Shown: piece after piece, positions 30,811 to 40,756 of the stretch
How positions within the stretch are numbered: position 1 is the stretch's first letter
Layout of the letters: each line of letters opens with the position of its first letter
Origin: an uncultured archaeon
Lineage (GTDB): Archaea; Asgardarchaeota; Lokiarchaeia; Sigyniarchaeales; SOKP01
NCBI GenBank assembly: GCA_964486045.1
Contig: CAZALK010000010.1
Coordinates: 84,889 to 148,888 of the forward strand
Direction: 5' to 3'
DNA: 64,000 nt
Translations under genes and position numbers: made by a program
The notes under the pieces: generated by a model
Told to the model about the DNA's origin: nothing
The model's database searches: none
The model's input: the letters and a program-made list of their open reading frames with translations, nothing else

Positions 30811-31122
30811 ATGTCATCGCAAAATACTATTAATCGTACACTCTCGAAAGCCATTCTTAAGGACGAGGTAAACATCAAATTAAAAATTTGGAATACATAT
30901 TTAACGGGAAAACTTATTCAATTCGATAACTATATGAATTTAATCGTTGAAGATGCGAAAGAGATCTATTTTGGTCGGGGGGGAAAACGTTCTAAGGATT
31001 TGGGAACTGTGATGATTAGGGGGGCAAGTGTGATTTTCATAGGCCAGGATCGTGAAAAACTAGTATTCACTGATGATTCAGAGGAAGATTTAATGCATCA
31101 TTCAGAGGACGAGGGAGGTTAA
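30811..31122 (+). CDS. Sm-like (Lsm/SmAP) protein
   Basis: GKLIQFDNYMNLIVEDA and MIRGASV; directly upstream of rpl37e as is usual in archaea. Confidence 0.92.
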   Translation: MSSQNTINRTLSKAILKDEVNIKLKIWNTYLTGKLIQFDNYMNLIVEDAKEIYFGRGGKRSKDLGTVMIRGASVIFIGQDREKLVFTDDSEEDLMHHSEDEGG

Positions 31123-31127
31123 ATGAA

Positions 31128-31349
31128 ATGACTAAAGGTACTCCAAGCAAAGGTAAGAAAAATAAGGCACCTAGCCATAAAACCTGTAGACGTTGCGGAC
31201 ATCATTCATATCACCGGAGCAAGAGGTTTTGTGCGTATTGTGGATTTGGACGATCAGCCAAAATAAAAAAGCCCTCGTGGCGCAATAGACACCGTGCGTT
31301 TAACGGTAATAAGTCGTTTTACCGCAATAAAAGAAAAGCATCTGCATAA
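31128..31349 (+). CDS. rpl37e: 50S ribosomal protein L37e
   Basis: MTKGTPS.GK..H..CRRCG..SYH..CAYCGFG. Confidence 0.96.
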   Translation: MTKGTPSKGKKNKAPSHKTCRRCGHHSYHRSKRFCAYCGFGRSAKIKKPSWRNRHRAFNGNKSFYRNKRKASA

Positions 31350-31928
31350 CCACTCGACCTAACATTTTACATTGGTTTTCATCTCAACCTTAGATTAAGG
31401 AAAAATGATATATCTTCTTTATATCAAAATAAAGGAAGAACATTGGAAATAATGAAAATCGTTGTTTCCCTCTTTCCTTCGATATCTCAGATAAAGTTCA
31501 TGGGGTGATGAATTCAGAAATTAATTATAGAAAAAATAGAATATGAAAAAATTTTAAGATCTTTAATCTTATCAAGTTTCGGTTTGATTTATGAGGATTG
31601 GAAACGAAAGGAACTTATCGATTATTAAAATCTTTTTCTTATCAGGTAAAATTTCAAAGTAAGGTAAAACTTTCTATCTTGCACTTCTCTACAAAGCCAA
31701 TCTATACTTAAATTCTTATACTTTGATTGAAAAATTAAACTGCAGATATATTTACAAATAATAAAAATGATTAAAAATTAGGTTTTTTTGATGTTAAGAA
31801 TAATAAAATATTCACATTTCTCTTTTTGACTTATTTCACTTTTTCTTATTAATCGACTAAAAGAGAATTTGATAATCCGAATTTCGCTCAATATTTAAAA
31901 AGGTAAATACTTATAATACTATTAGGGA

Positions 31929-33500
31929 ATGACAGAGTTTCGAATTAACAAATTTATCACTTTGGAGCTGGAAGGGAAAGATACAGTAATTTATGTATCC
32001 GGTAAACGATTCCAGCAATGCATGTACCTATTTTTAGTTATTCCCGTTGATAACCTTGACCAGATTTATGAGATTGAATCTATTGACGAGGTTGCTGAAG
32101 AACTTGATAGATCTATTAACCCAAAATATAGCAGACATATGAGAATCTCACCAGAAGAGGAGTTCTGGGCGCACTGTAGCAATATTCAAGCGTTCTATGA
32201 AAATAACTATAACACCAAGATACTTCATAGAAACTTGGCGTTCCCGCTATTGATGAAGCTTTATGAAGCCGAGGATCCTAAAGCCATAAAAGTATTTAAA
32301 GAAGAGATTGCTCAAAGGCTTTCAAGCGATCATGAAAATACGGTTCTCTTTTTGTTGGAAAATAACTATCAATTTTTTCTCACAACTGAAGAATTCGATA
32401 CTGTTTATCATAGTCAAGACTCAGAAAAAAAAACCCTGATTAAGGAATTCATACACGACAGATTTAACGATAATAAGACTGACATTGAACTACAAAATAA
32501 GCTTTTTGAGTATATCAAAGTGATGTGTTCGAAGCAAGAATTACAAAAATATCAATATGTGACGTTCAATGAGAGAAAATATTTTGTTAGAGAAGGAGGA
32601 TTGACTATTAATGAAAAAGGAATTATTATTGACAGAATTGGTCAGATAAAAGGGTTATCTAAGCTCAAAGGATTGAAGAGACTGACGATCCTACGCACTT
32701 TGATTACTTCAACCGCAGGATTGGAAGGTCTAACTCAATTAGAACACCTAGATTTATGTGTAAATAGAGTCAAGATAATAGAGGGATTGAATACACTAAT
32801 CAACCTGAAGAGTTTGAAATTATCATATAACCAAATCGAAAAAATATCTGGACTAGAAACTCTGAAGAACTTAGAAGAATTACTTTTAAATTCCAATCAA
32901 ATTACTGAGATAAAGGGGCTTGAATCCCTTACAAAATTAAAGAAGTTAACCCTACATTCTAATTTAATCAGTGAAATTAAAGGGCTAGCCACCTTATTAA
33001 ACGTAGAGCAACTTAATTTAAGTCGCAATAAAATCTCAAGAATTAAGGGTCTGGAAGGTGTTATAAAATTAAATTATCTAGACCTTAATAGGAATAGCAT
33101 AGAGAAAATAGAAGGTTTGACATCCCTTAAGGAATTAGAAAGCCTTGTACTAGAGAACAATTGCATAAGTAAAATAAGAGGACTAGACAATCTTAGTAAA
33201 CTAAAATCCCTTAATTTAGGAAAAAACAAAATCACAGAAATGGAGGGATTAGATACTCTAAATTGTCTTACTTCGCTATGGCTCGATAAAAACCAGATTC
33301 TTGAGATGAAAGGGTTAGATGAACTTAGAAATTTGCGTGAAGTTAACCTACAAGAAAATTTAATATACGGTATTCGCGGGATTAATGAATTTAAAAGCCT
33401 AGAATATTTAAACCTTTATGGTAATAAACTTATAGAAGATATAAATCACGAATTCGAAGGATTTTTTGAAATAAGAAGGGTATTAGATAAACAGAAATAA
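31929..33500 (+). CDS. Leucine-rich repeat protein (SDS22-like repeats) with Lokiarchaeal N-terminal domain
   Basis: About 11-12 LxxLxLxxNxIxxIxGL repeats; N-terminal EEEFWAHCSNIQAF..ILHRNLAFPLL. Confidence 0.9.
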   Translation: MTEFRINKFITLELEGKDTVIYVSGKRFQQCMYLFLVIPVDNLDQIYEIESIDEVAEELDRSINPKYSRHMRISPEEEFWAHCSNIQAFYENNYNTKILHRNLAFPLLMKLYEAEDPKAIKVFKEEIAQRLSSDHENTVLFLLENNYQFFLTTEEFDTVYHSQDSEKKTLIKEFIHDRFNDNKTDIELQNKLFEYIKVMCSKQELQKYQYVTFNERKYFVREGGLTINEKGIIIDRIGQIKGLSKLKGLKRLTILRTLITSTAGLEGLTQLEHLDLCVNRVKIIEGLNTLINLKSLKLSYNQIEKISGLETLKNLEELLLNSNQITEIKGLESLTKLKKLTLHSNLISEIKGLATLLNVEQLNLSRNKISRIKGLEGVIKLNYLDLNRNSIEKIEGLTSLKELESLVLENNCISKIRGLDNLSKLKSLNLGKNKITEMEGLDTLNCLTSLWLDKNQILEMKGLDELRNLREVNLQENLIYGIRGINEFKSLEYLNLYGNKLIEDINHEFEGFFEIRRVLDKQK

Positions 33501-33548
33501 AAGAAATATAAAATAAAAAAAGATATAAAAACTAACTGAAGACTTGAG

Positions 33549-34224
33549 ATGCTAGCCCAAATCGTCTGATAAAAGTTCTCCGAATAAAGCCAAAAGAAGA
33601 TCTAACAAAATTACTCAAAAAGAAATCGAAGAAGTTACCCTAAAACCCGACCTTTTTAATCAGAACTTAGACCAAGAATACAATAGAATTTTTCCCCTTT
33701 TAATTAGAAACATAAAAAAGAAGTATAACCTCAAAGAACTAGGTAAAGTATGGAAAGAAAACAACCACCTCATTTTTAATTTTGAGATTGTCATGGAAGC
33801 CGACGTTCGAAAGCTAAACGATAGACGAAAGGAATTATCGCTAAAAATCATTAACGAAACCAACCCGAAAATTATTCGGCAATACCAATCCAAGATAGAA
33901 AAGTTAAAAACATTTATTCTTAAGTACACAGGCAACGTTTACACCCCACTAATTAAAAAGTATAACTCGCTAAAAGACACTATTAATACACAGTTAGAGC
34001 AGTTTTGTTTTACCGTTGTGGATGCATTCAATACAAAGCTTGAAAAAGTTTCGAAAAAATTTGCTATGAATATTACCGAATTCTATTTTGATGACGGTTT
34101 AGAACTTCGAATAATAATTAAGAATAAATCATCAAGCATTTTTCCTCTTAAAAGCCTACAGTTTAAAGATTTGGATACTAAACACAAAAAAGTAATAATC
34201 CAGATCCTCAAGACCGGTTTATAA
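33549..34224 (+). pseudogene. Hypothetical helical protein, probably frameshifted right after its start codon
   Basis: Frame of ORF 33793-34224 is open from 33556; the nearest upstream ATG (33549) is out of frame. Confidence 0.45.
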
Positions 34225-34544
34225 TGATAAGTTCACTACTTGATGCATTTACTACTATTATTAAATACTCGAAGTAAAACGGGGATCGGTCTTTTAGTCT
34301 TAGTTCCCAACGTTCTTCCTTATTACAATATGATAAGAGATTTATCTTTCTGTTTTTGTCTCAAACTTTCAGTGAAAAATTAGGCATAAATCGTTTTACC
34401 GCAATAAAAGAAAAGCTTCTACGTAAGTTGAATATTTTAGTATAAAAATCTTATTCTTAAAGGTTTAAGAGATATTAATTATTATTGAGCTTAAAATTAT
34501 GATTAATTATTACTCTTTAATTCAAATCTATGCCATAAAAATAA

Positions 34545-34919
34545 ATGAATGAATTAGAAATTCAAAGCTTGCAGGAAGAATTAGTAAAATTAGAAGGAAT
34601 TACAGATATTATAGGTGCGGCTCTCGTCAACCACAATGGTTTACTAATATCTTCAAGATTACCTCGTGATGTTGATGACAGAAAGTTTTGTGCTATGGCA
34701 GCTACTATGTTTAGCGCAATTGAAACTGCCGCTTCAACAATAGATAGTAATAATATTGATAATCTAACAGTAGAATTTAGTAATTTTCAATTAATCATTA
34801 TGGAAGTTGATGAACACATGATTTTAGTCTCATTATTGAACAATAATATAAATCTAGGACTCATCTTTATAGAGATTGAAGAAGCTATCAAAAAAATAAG
34901 GAAAGTATTGAATAGCTAA
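34545..34919 (+). CDS. Roadblock/LC7 domain protein
   Basis: IIGAALVNHNGLLISS..AMAATM..NLGLIFIE. Confidence 0.9.
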   Translation: MNELEIQSLQEELVKLEGITDIIGAALVNHNGLLISSRLPRDVDDRKFCAMAATMFSAIETAASTIDSNNIDNLTVEFSNFQLIIMEVDEHMILVSLLNNNINLGLIFIEIEEAIKKIRKVLNS

Positions 34920-35007
34920 ATCTCTTAGATTTAAAGATAAATAATATAAAAGTTATTAGATGTGCAATTTAGGAGTATTCTATTTAATAAAACGGATTAA
35001 GATATCA

Positions 35008-36681
35008 TTAGATTAAATCTGCATCCTTAATTATCTTATTATGGTCAAAAGCTAATTTCATCTTTTTCAACAGCTTAATAGGTATAAGATCTACGTCTTT
35101 TGAATCATCACCACTTTTCATTAATGAAATATCTCCTGTGATTATGCATTTATAGGCAGTGCTATGAACAGTACCTCGAGGATCACGCCCTTCCCCATCA
35201 TAAACACCAATTTTTTCAACAATTTTTATATCTAAATTAGTTTCCTCCTTAACCTCGCGAACTAAGGCTTTTATAGGTTTTTCCCTTCTTTCTCTAAAGC
35301 CTCCTGGAAGTGCATAAAAACCCTGAAACGGAGGAAATTTTCTTTTGATCAGAACAATATTACCTTTCTCATCTTCGATTACACCATCAACAGTTTTTCC
35401 AATGCTAGATTCTTTAACTTGCATTTTCGTATACAGGTTGAAAGCTATTGTAACGATTAAGATTCCAGTTATAATAATTGCAATAATGCTATTTAACAAA
35501 ATTGATGCGAAATCCCCTACTTGTATACTTAAAGCAACCATTAGGAGACCACCAAGATCAACCAAAATCCCTGCTCCAAATAGTAAATTTAACAAGTTGA
35601 GACCTTTTTCTGTTCTTTTTTGGATTTCTTCATTTTTTTTAACATATAAACCTTGCATTGAGTCATAAATAATTTTAAATTTCTCGTTTATCCTTGCCAC
35701 TATTCGATCAATCTCAAATTGAGTTAATAGGTGTTTTAGCACGCTAGTATAATGTTGTCTTCTGTTATAATCCAGTTCGTTATATATCAGACTTAATTTT
35801 GTTTGAACCAAACCTCTTAAAAGTCTAAGATTCCGAATTTTTCTTTCAATTGTATTTACATCCTTAAAGCCTTCTGATTGTGTTTTTAAAAAGAGTATGT
35901 CCAGGGATTCGTTCATAGATCTAAGCGAAAATAAAACAGTTCTCATTTTTGGTGTAGGAGTTAATACAAACTCTTTCATGTAAGAATCAAAAAAGTTGGA
36001 ATAATTATCTTCTGCCATATAAATAAAACCCGAATTTCTACGGATGAAATGTAGTTCTGATAACCGATTTGATAGATTATTTTCTATTCTCCTATCGTAT
36101 AAAACTTCAGAATAATCTTCCCATTGACCTGAATAAATTTCGGTCCAAGAGCTAATAGTTTTTTTATATTTCTCAATATTTTCTTGAGTGAATTCAATTA
36201 CGTCTGGTTTAGTTCTATCCGAAGTTACAAACACATACATAGGACTTTCTAAATCGAACAATATGCCTCGATTTACCTCTTTTTCATCATATTTCCTGAG
36301 AACGGTAATAACAATTTGAGGGATTTGTTGTATGAAATTTGATTTGATTTTTTCTTTTTTTGCAGGATCATTTTTATAATATTCGACATCAAATTGGAAA
36401 TATCCTAATGTATTATATTCATTTTGGTCATTTTCATCCTCATAAGGAAAACTCTCTAAATAAGGTACCCATTTACATGAGAGTGTTGTATTTTTTGCCA
36501 GATCGATTATATCAGCCCCAAATTCTTCACGTATTTTAAAATAAATATCCTCTATTTTCAGAACACTTAAGTGTTGCTTAATAACTTGCTCGATCTCCTT
36601 ACTTTTGACCTCACCATTAATTAGAGAAGTATTTAAAAAGCAACTTACAAACCAGTATTCACTTTTATATATAAATTCCAT
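35008..36681 (-). CDS. CorA-like helical domain + 2 TM + C-terminal NUDIX hydrolase fusion
   Basis: Long helical region, two hydrophobic helices, then Nudix box GGFRERREKPIKALVREVKEETNL, RDPR and LAFDH. Confidence 0.75.
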   Translation of the reverse strand: MEFIYKSEYWFVSCFLNTSLINGEVKSKEIEQVIKQHLSVLKIEDIYFKIREEFGADIIDLAKNTTLSCKWVPYLESFPYEDENDQNEYNTLGYFQFDVEYYKNDPAKKEKIKSNFIQQIPQIVITVLRKYDEKEVNRGILFDLESPMYVFVTSDRTKPDVIEFTQENIEKYKKTISSWTEIYSGQWEDYSEVLYDRRIENNLSNRLSELHFIRRNSGFIYMAEDNYSNFFDSYMKEFVLTPTPKMRTVLFSLRSMNESLDILFLKTQSEGFKDVNTIERKIRNLRLLRGLVQTKLSLIYNELDYNRRQHYTSVLKHLLTQFEIDRIVARINEKFKIIYDSMQGLYVKKNEEIQKRTEKGLNLLNLLFGAGILVDLGGLLMVALSIQVGDFASILLNSIIAIIITGILIVTIAFNLYTKMQVKESSIGKTVDGVIEDEKGNIVLIKRKFPPFQGFYALPGGFRERREKPIKALVREVKEETNLDIKIVEKIGVYDGEGRDPRGTVHSTAYKCIITGDISLMKSGDDSKDVDLIPIKLLKKMKLAFDHNKIIKDADLI

Positions 36682-36843
36682 TATGGTTATACCCTATTTA
36701 TTATGTTAATTTCAATTATGAATATAAGGATTTAATAATCTTTGTATATCAAAAATTCTAGTTATTAAATATTTATAACAAGAGAATTTATCTTTACTTG
36801 AACCTATTATTGATATTGTTATTTCCACAACTCAATTATAAAA

Positions 36844-37788
36844 ATGACGATTAAGCAATTACAAGAAGAAGTTTTAAAATTGAAACGACAAAATGATGTG
36901 ACGATCTTAGCTCATTACTATCAATCTATAGAAATTCAAGAGATCGCTGATCATTTAGGAGATTCGTTAGGGTTATCTCGAACAGCAAAGGAAAAAGCTA
37001 ACACCGAATATATTATATTTGCAGGAGTGGACTTCATGGCAGAAACGGCTTCTATTTTAAACCAAGACAAACATGTGTTAATTCCTAATCCAGAGTCTTG
37101 TTGTCCAATGGCTGCATTTCTCACTCCAGAAAAAGTAATTCAGTATAAAAAAGAAAACCCACGATTACCAATGGTTACGTACGTTAATAGTACAGCTGCA
37201 GTAAAAGCAGAATCGGATATTTGCTGTACATCCTCGAATGCTGTTAAACTAACTCAGAAAATAGCAAAAGAATTTAATACTAATTCAGTCTTATTTGGAC
37301 CAGATGCAAATTTGGCAGATTATGTAGAACAAAAATCAGGAATAAAAACTGTCAAGGCTCCTCTAAGGGGTCACTGTATTGTTCATTCACAGCTAACCAT
37401 TGACGACATGAAAGCCTCTAGGCATAATTATCCTGAGGGAATAATATTGGTGCATCCTGAATGTAAGAGGGAGGTTAGAGACTTGGCAGATTTTGTAGGA
37501 TCCACGGCTCATATGTATAACAGAGTTAAAAATAGTTCATTGAATGAGAATAAATTTATAATAGGAACAGAAAAAGGACTGATGGACAGGATGGCTAAAG
37601 ATTTTAACCAAAAAGAGTTCTTTATAGCAAGTGATAAAATGATATGCTATAATATGAAGAAGAACTCTATTGAACTAATGAAGTATGTGTTGGAAAACTT
37701 AGATGATAAGATGTTTGAAATTAAAATACCTTCTGAAATTGCGCGGAAAGCTTTGAAACCGATTGAAAAAATGTTAGATTACTCTTGA
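36844..37788 (+). CDS. nadA: Quinolinate synthase
   Basis: ILAHYYQ, GVDFMAETA, CPMA, YVNS, VHPEC, IGTE, CYNMK. Confidence 0.95.
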   Translation: MTIKQLQEEVLKLKRQNDVTILAHYYQSIEIQEIADHLGDSLGLSRTAKEKANTEYIIFAGVDFMAETASILNQDKHVLIPNPESCCPMAAFLTPEKVIQYKKENPRLPMVTYVNSTAAVKAESDICCTSSNAVKLTQKIAKEFNTNSVLFGPDANLADYVEQKSGIKTVKAPLRGHCIVHSQLTIDDMKASRHNYPEGIILVHPECKREVRDLADFVGSTAHMYNRVKNSSLNENKFIIGTEKGLMDRMAKDFNQKEFFIASDKMICYNMKKNSIELMKYVLENLDDKMFEIKIPSEIARKALKPIEKMLDYS

Positions 37789-37900
37789 ATCTAATTTTGC
37801 TTCAGGGTTAGAGCGTGCGATGAGATAATAACAATTATCATTATCTACATAATCAATTTTAATATCTCCATGATTTTAACTAATAATATTGAGATTAGGA

Positions 37901-39505
37901 TTAAAAAAAAGACGTAATCTTTGTTTGATTTTTATCGAGAAGCCATTTCACAAAATAATTTGTGACTCTTCCTGACCAAACTGCATTCCTAGTGGTTTCA
38001 CTTTCAAATCTTTGAATATCTCGATATGTAAATTTATTAGTTAACATAAGATTTTTCATTCGGAGTACCCATTCTACAAAATGTTTATATAATTTATTAT
38101 TTGAGGAAGCTACTCTCGCAAATGATGACTCATAGAACTCTTTATCTCTTCGAGAATACCCCGAGAAATATCTATAATTCTGGTTCATCCAAAAGTATTT
38201 TTCTGTAGATTCAGTAAATTTTTTGATATTACAGTTCCATAATTTCACGGTTTCAATTGCCGGTAACTCATTTAAAACCTCAGGAATTTCAGTAATATTA
38301 TCATTCCCTGATAAATCCAAATAATTTAGATTTGTAAATCTTTTAAGGCCTTTAAATTCCGAAATTCTATTATTTCTCAAAGAAAGGCTATGTAAATTTG
38401 TGGTATGTTCTAATTCTTCAATACTTGTAATTCTATTGTTATTCAACTTTAGGATTTTGACATTCGGAAATTTTTCCAGCCCTTTAAAATCGGAAACAAG
38501 ATTGTTGCTTAAATCTAGTTCTTTTATATCACCTAAATTATTATTTGTTAATTCAATATCTGATATGGATTGAATATTTTGATTATTTAAATACAACTTT
38601 TCATTTTTAAAAATTCCAATAATCTTATCTTTACATTTTATAAAATCATATTTGAATTCAAAATCTTTAAAATATTCGAGATGCCGATTGATATATTTTA
38701 TTAAGGGAAATCTGCTCTTTGATTTTAACTTATCATAAACACTTTTAACAAAAATTTCTCTATAATTTTGTGGAATTTCAGTTATAATTTTTGATGTAAT
38801 CACTGATAAATGTTCGATCCCAAAATTTCTAAGGAGTTCATTTGTAAATATGGTCATTAAACGAACATAATCAGGTGATGGATTAAGTTCGAGATTGCTC
38901 TTTATTTGGGCTAATAACTCATTTAAAATTGATGGATTAATTTCTTCTAAAATACTTTCAAATTCTTCTGAACTTAAATATTTCAAATAACCATTTTGAG
39001 TTAAGAATTGAGTAACTGTAGGATACTTACTCCCAAATCTCATGGCTATCTCTTCTCTAAATACTTTTTTGGCAATGGGATCACCAACTTCGCTTAATCT
39101 CTTTAGTAACGGGAAAGCAAGGTTTCTGTGAAGAATTCTAGTATCATAGCCATTTTCTGCCCATACTTGCAAATTTGAACAATGTCCCATAAATTCTTCT
39201 TCAGGAGTTATTTTTCTACTCATATTTTGATTTCCTTCTAAAGATCTATCTAAATATTCGGCAGCTTCATCAATTGAGTCAATTTCATCATAGTCTTCCA
39301 CGCGATCAACTGGTATATTAAGCAACAAATACATACATTGTTGAAAAATACGGCCTTTCACGTAAATATTTGTTCTCCCACCCTCAAGTTTTAGTTTAAG
39401 ATATTTATTAATCTCAAATTCTCTTATATGAGTTCTTGATCTAAGATTTAGATAAAAAAGTGTCGAAATAATACTCACGTATACGAATAATTGAATTTCA
39501 TACAT
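37901..39505 (-). CDS. Leucine-rich repeat protein with Lokiarchaeal N-terminal domain and C-terminal PIP box
   Basis: N-domain paralogous to 31929-33500; LRRs; ends QTKITSFF*; true start may be near 39427. Confidence 0.88.
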   Translation of the reverse strand: MYEIQLFVYVSIISTLFYLNLRSRTHIREFEINKYLKLKLEGGRTNIYVKGRIFQQCMYLLLNIPVDRVEDYDEIDSIDEAAEYLDRSLEGNQNMSRKITPEEEFMGHCSNLQVWAENGYDTRILHRNLAFPLLKRLSEVGDPIAKKVFREEIAMRFGSKYPTVTQFLTQNGYLKYLSSEEFESILEEINPSILNELLAQIKSNLELNPSPDYVRLMTIFTNELLRNFGIEHLSVITSKIITEIPQNYREIFVKSVYDKLKSKSRFPLIKYINRHLEYFKDFEFKYDFIKCKDKIIGIFKNEKLYLNNQNIQSISDIELTNNNLGDIKELDLSNNLVSDFKGLEKFPNVKILKLNNNRITSIEELEHTTNLHSLSLRNNRISEFKGLKRFTNLNYLDLSGNDNITEIPEVLNELPAIETVKLWNCNIKKFTESTEKYFWMNQNYRYFSGYSRRDKEFYESSFARVASSNNKLYKHFVEWVLRMKNLMLTNKFTYRDIQRFESETTRNAVWSGRVTNYFVKWLLDKNQTKITSFF

Positions 39506-39640
39506 TGTTAGAACAATTCAGGATCTTCTGGAAGGTAATTATAATAGAATGAGGTTACATTTGTTAAACTCATTCCAAAAGATTATTTCAGTGTTGGTAT
39601 TAAAACCCCAACTTTTTCCCTTTTTTGTTAAAAACCATGT

Positions 39641-40756
39641 TTATTGTATTTCTCTCATGCTTGGTGTCAATGAAAGGATATTCAGATTTAAATCTATTTT
39701 TGAGCCCATTAAAATAACTTCTCGAAGTAGCTTTCCTTCTTCTGACATTTGTAATTTTTTGGATTGTGTAATTCCTTCCATTAATTTCTCTCTTTCTATA
39801 TCTAAGAAACCCATTTCTATAGCGTTCTTAATAACGAGATTTAATACTAATAATTGGAATTGATCTTGAATAGCATCCCATATTAAACCCATTTCCTTTA
39901 GTTGGTTAGTTATTTCTTCAGCCATAACATCTAAATCATAAGTTTTATCATAAATATCTTCTTGAAGATTGATGATTTCATTGATTAATTTATCTTTTAT
40001 GAGCCGAAGTGTAGTTGTTCCTACTAAATCTTCTTCATGAAAGAAGAAATCATTATTTTTACGCTTAATCAAATAAAAACCAAAATCAAACTTTATTAAT
40101 TTGAACCTGGCTAAATAATTGATTGCTTCTCTTGATACTTTATATACTTCACAAAACCGATCTAAATTTAATTTATAACCAACAAATTCTTCAGTATTTG
40201 ACTCGTCTAAATGCCAATACTTTCTAGCAAAAGCACCCTGACCTAGAATTGAGTTATAAAAAATATAAAAAAGTGACAAATACAGATCTCTATCCTGCTG
40301 TAATTCAAAAAAATTATCTCCTATTTTAGAGATAATTCTGATTATATGGATTATAAATGGATCTTCCACACTGATTTCCTTGTAAAAAGCTATTAAATCT
40401 TCGAGCTTCCTGACGTTTTCTTTTAATTCATTTACGACAAATAACTCATCCTTTAGTTTTAAAGGTTCTTCGCCTAGTTTTTCTATTCCTTTTTCAGTTA
40501 TTACATATCCTCGGTATTGCTTTTTTGTTTGCTTATCCGTAATTAACCGATGTTCCACATTATTCTGTTTCCTATGGGTGTTAAGGTATTTAGAAACCGT
40601 GGATCTACTTAAATTTGAATATTTTAGTAAATTTGTAAACCTTTGTGGACCTAAGTTTCTGAGAATAAATAATATCCTCCTACTATTATCTTCGATGTTA
40701 GAGGATTTTTTTAAAAGCTCTACCCTTAATTTTTTTGATATATTCCAACTTTCCAT
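39641..40756 (-). CDS. Winged-helix (ArsR/MarR-like) DNA-binding protein
   Basis: RFTNLLKYSNLSRSTVSKYLN...YVITEKG. Confidence 0.75.
   Translation of the reverse strand: MESWNISKKLRVELLKKSSNIEDNSRRILFILRNLGPQRFTNLLKYSNLSRSTVSKYLNTHRKQNNVEHRLITDKQTKKQYRGYVITEKGIEKLGEEPLKLKDELFVVNELKENVRKLEDLIAFYKEISVEDPFIIHIIRIISKIGDNFFELQQDRDLYLSLFYIFYNSILGQGAFARKYWHLDESNTEEFVGYKLNLDRFCEVYKVSREAINYLARFKLIKFDFGFYLIKRKNNDFFFHEEDLVGTTTLRLIKDKLINEIINLQEDIYDKTYDLDVMAEEITNQLKEMGLIWDAIQDQFQLLVLNLVIKNAIEMGFLDIEREKLMEGITQSKKLQMSEEGKLLREVILMGSKIDLNLNILSLTPSMREIQ

Larger units (their letters stand above)
31309..34426. mobile_element. ~3.08 kb islet flanked by direct repeats of the rpl37e 3' end
   Basis: 31309-31349 repeated at 34386-34426 with a 26-bp perfect core TCGTTTTACCGCAATAAAAGAAAAGC. 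Confidence 0.82.

Noticed and set aside
31350-31928. Pseudogene remnant in the non-coding part of the rpl37e islet
   Set aside because: Only short interrupted frames with no recognisable family
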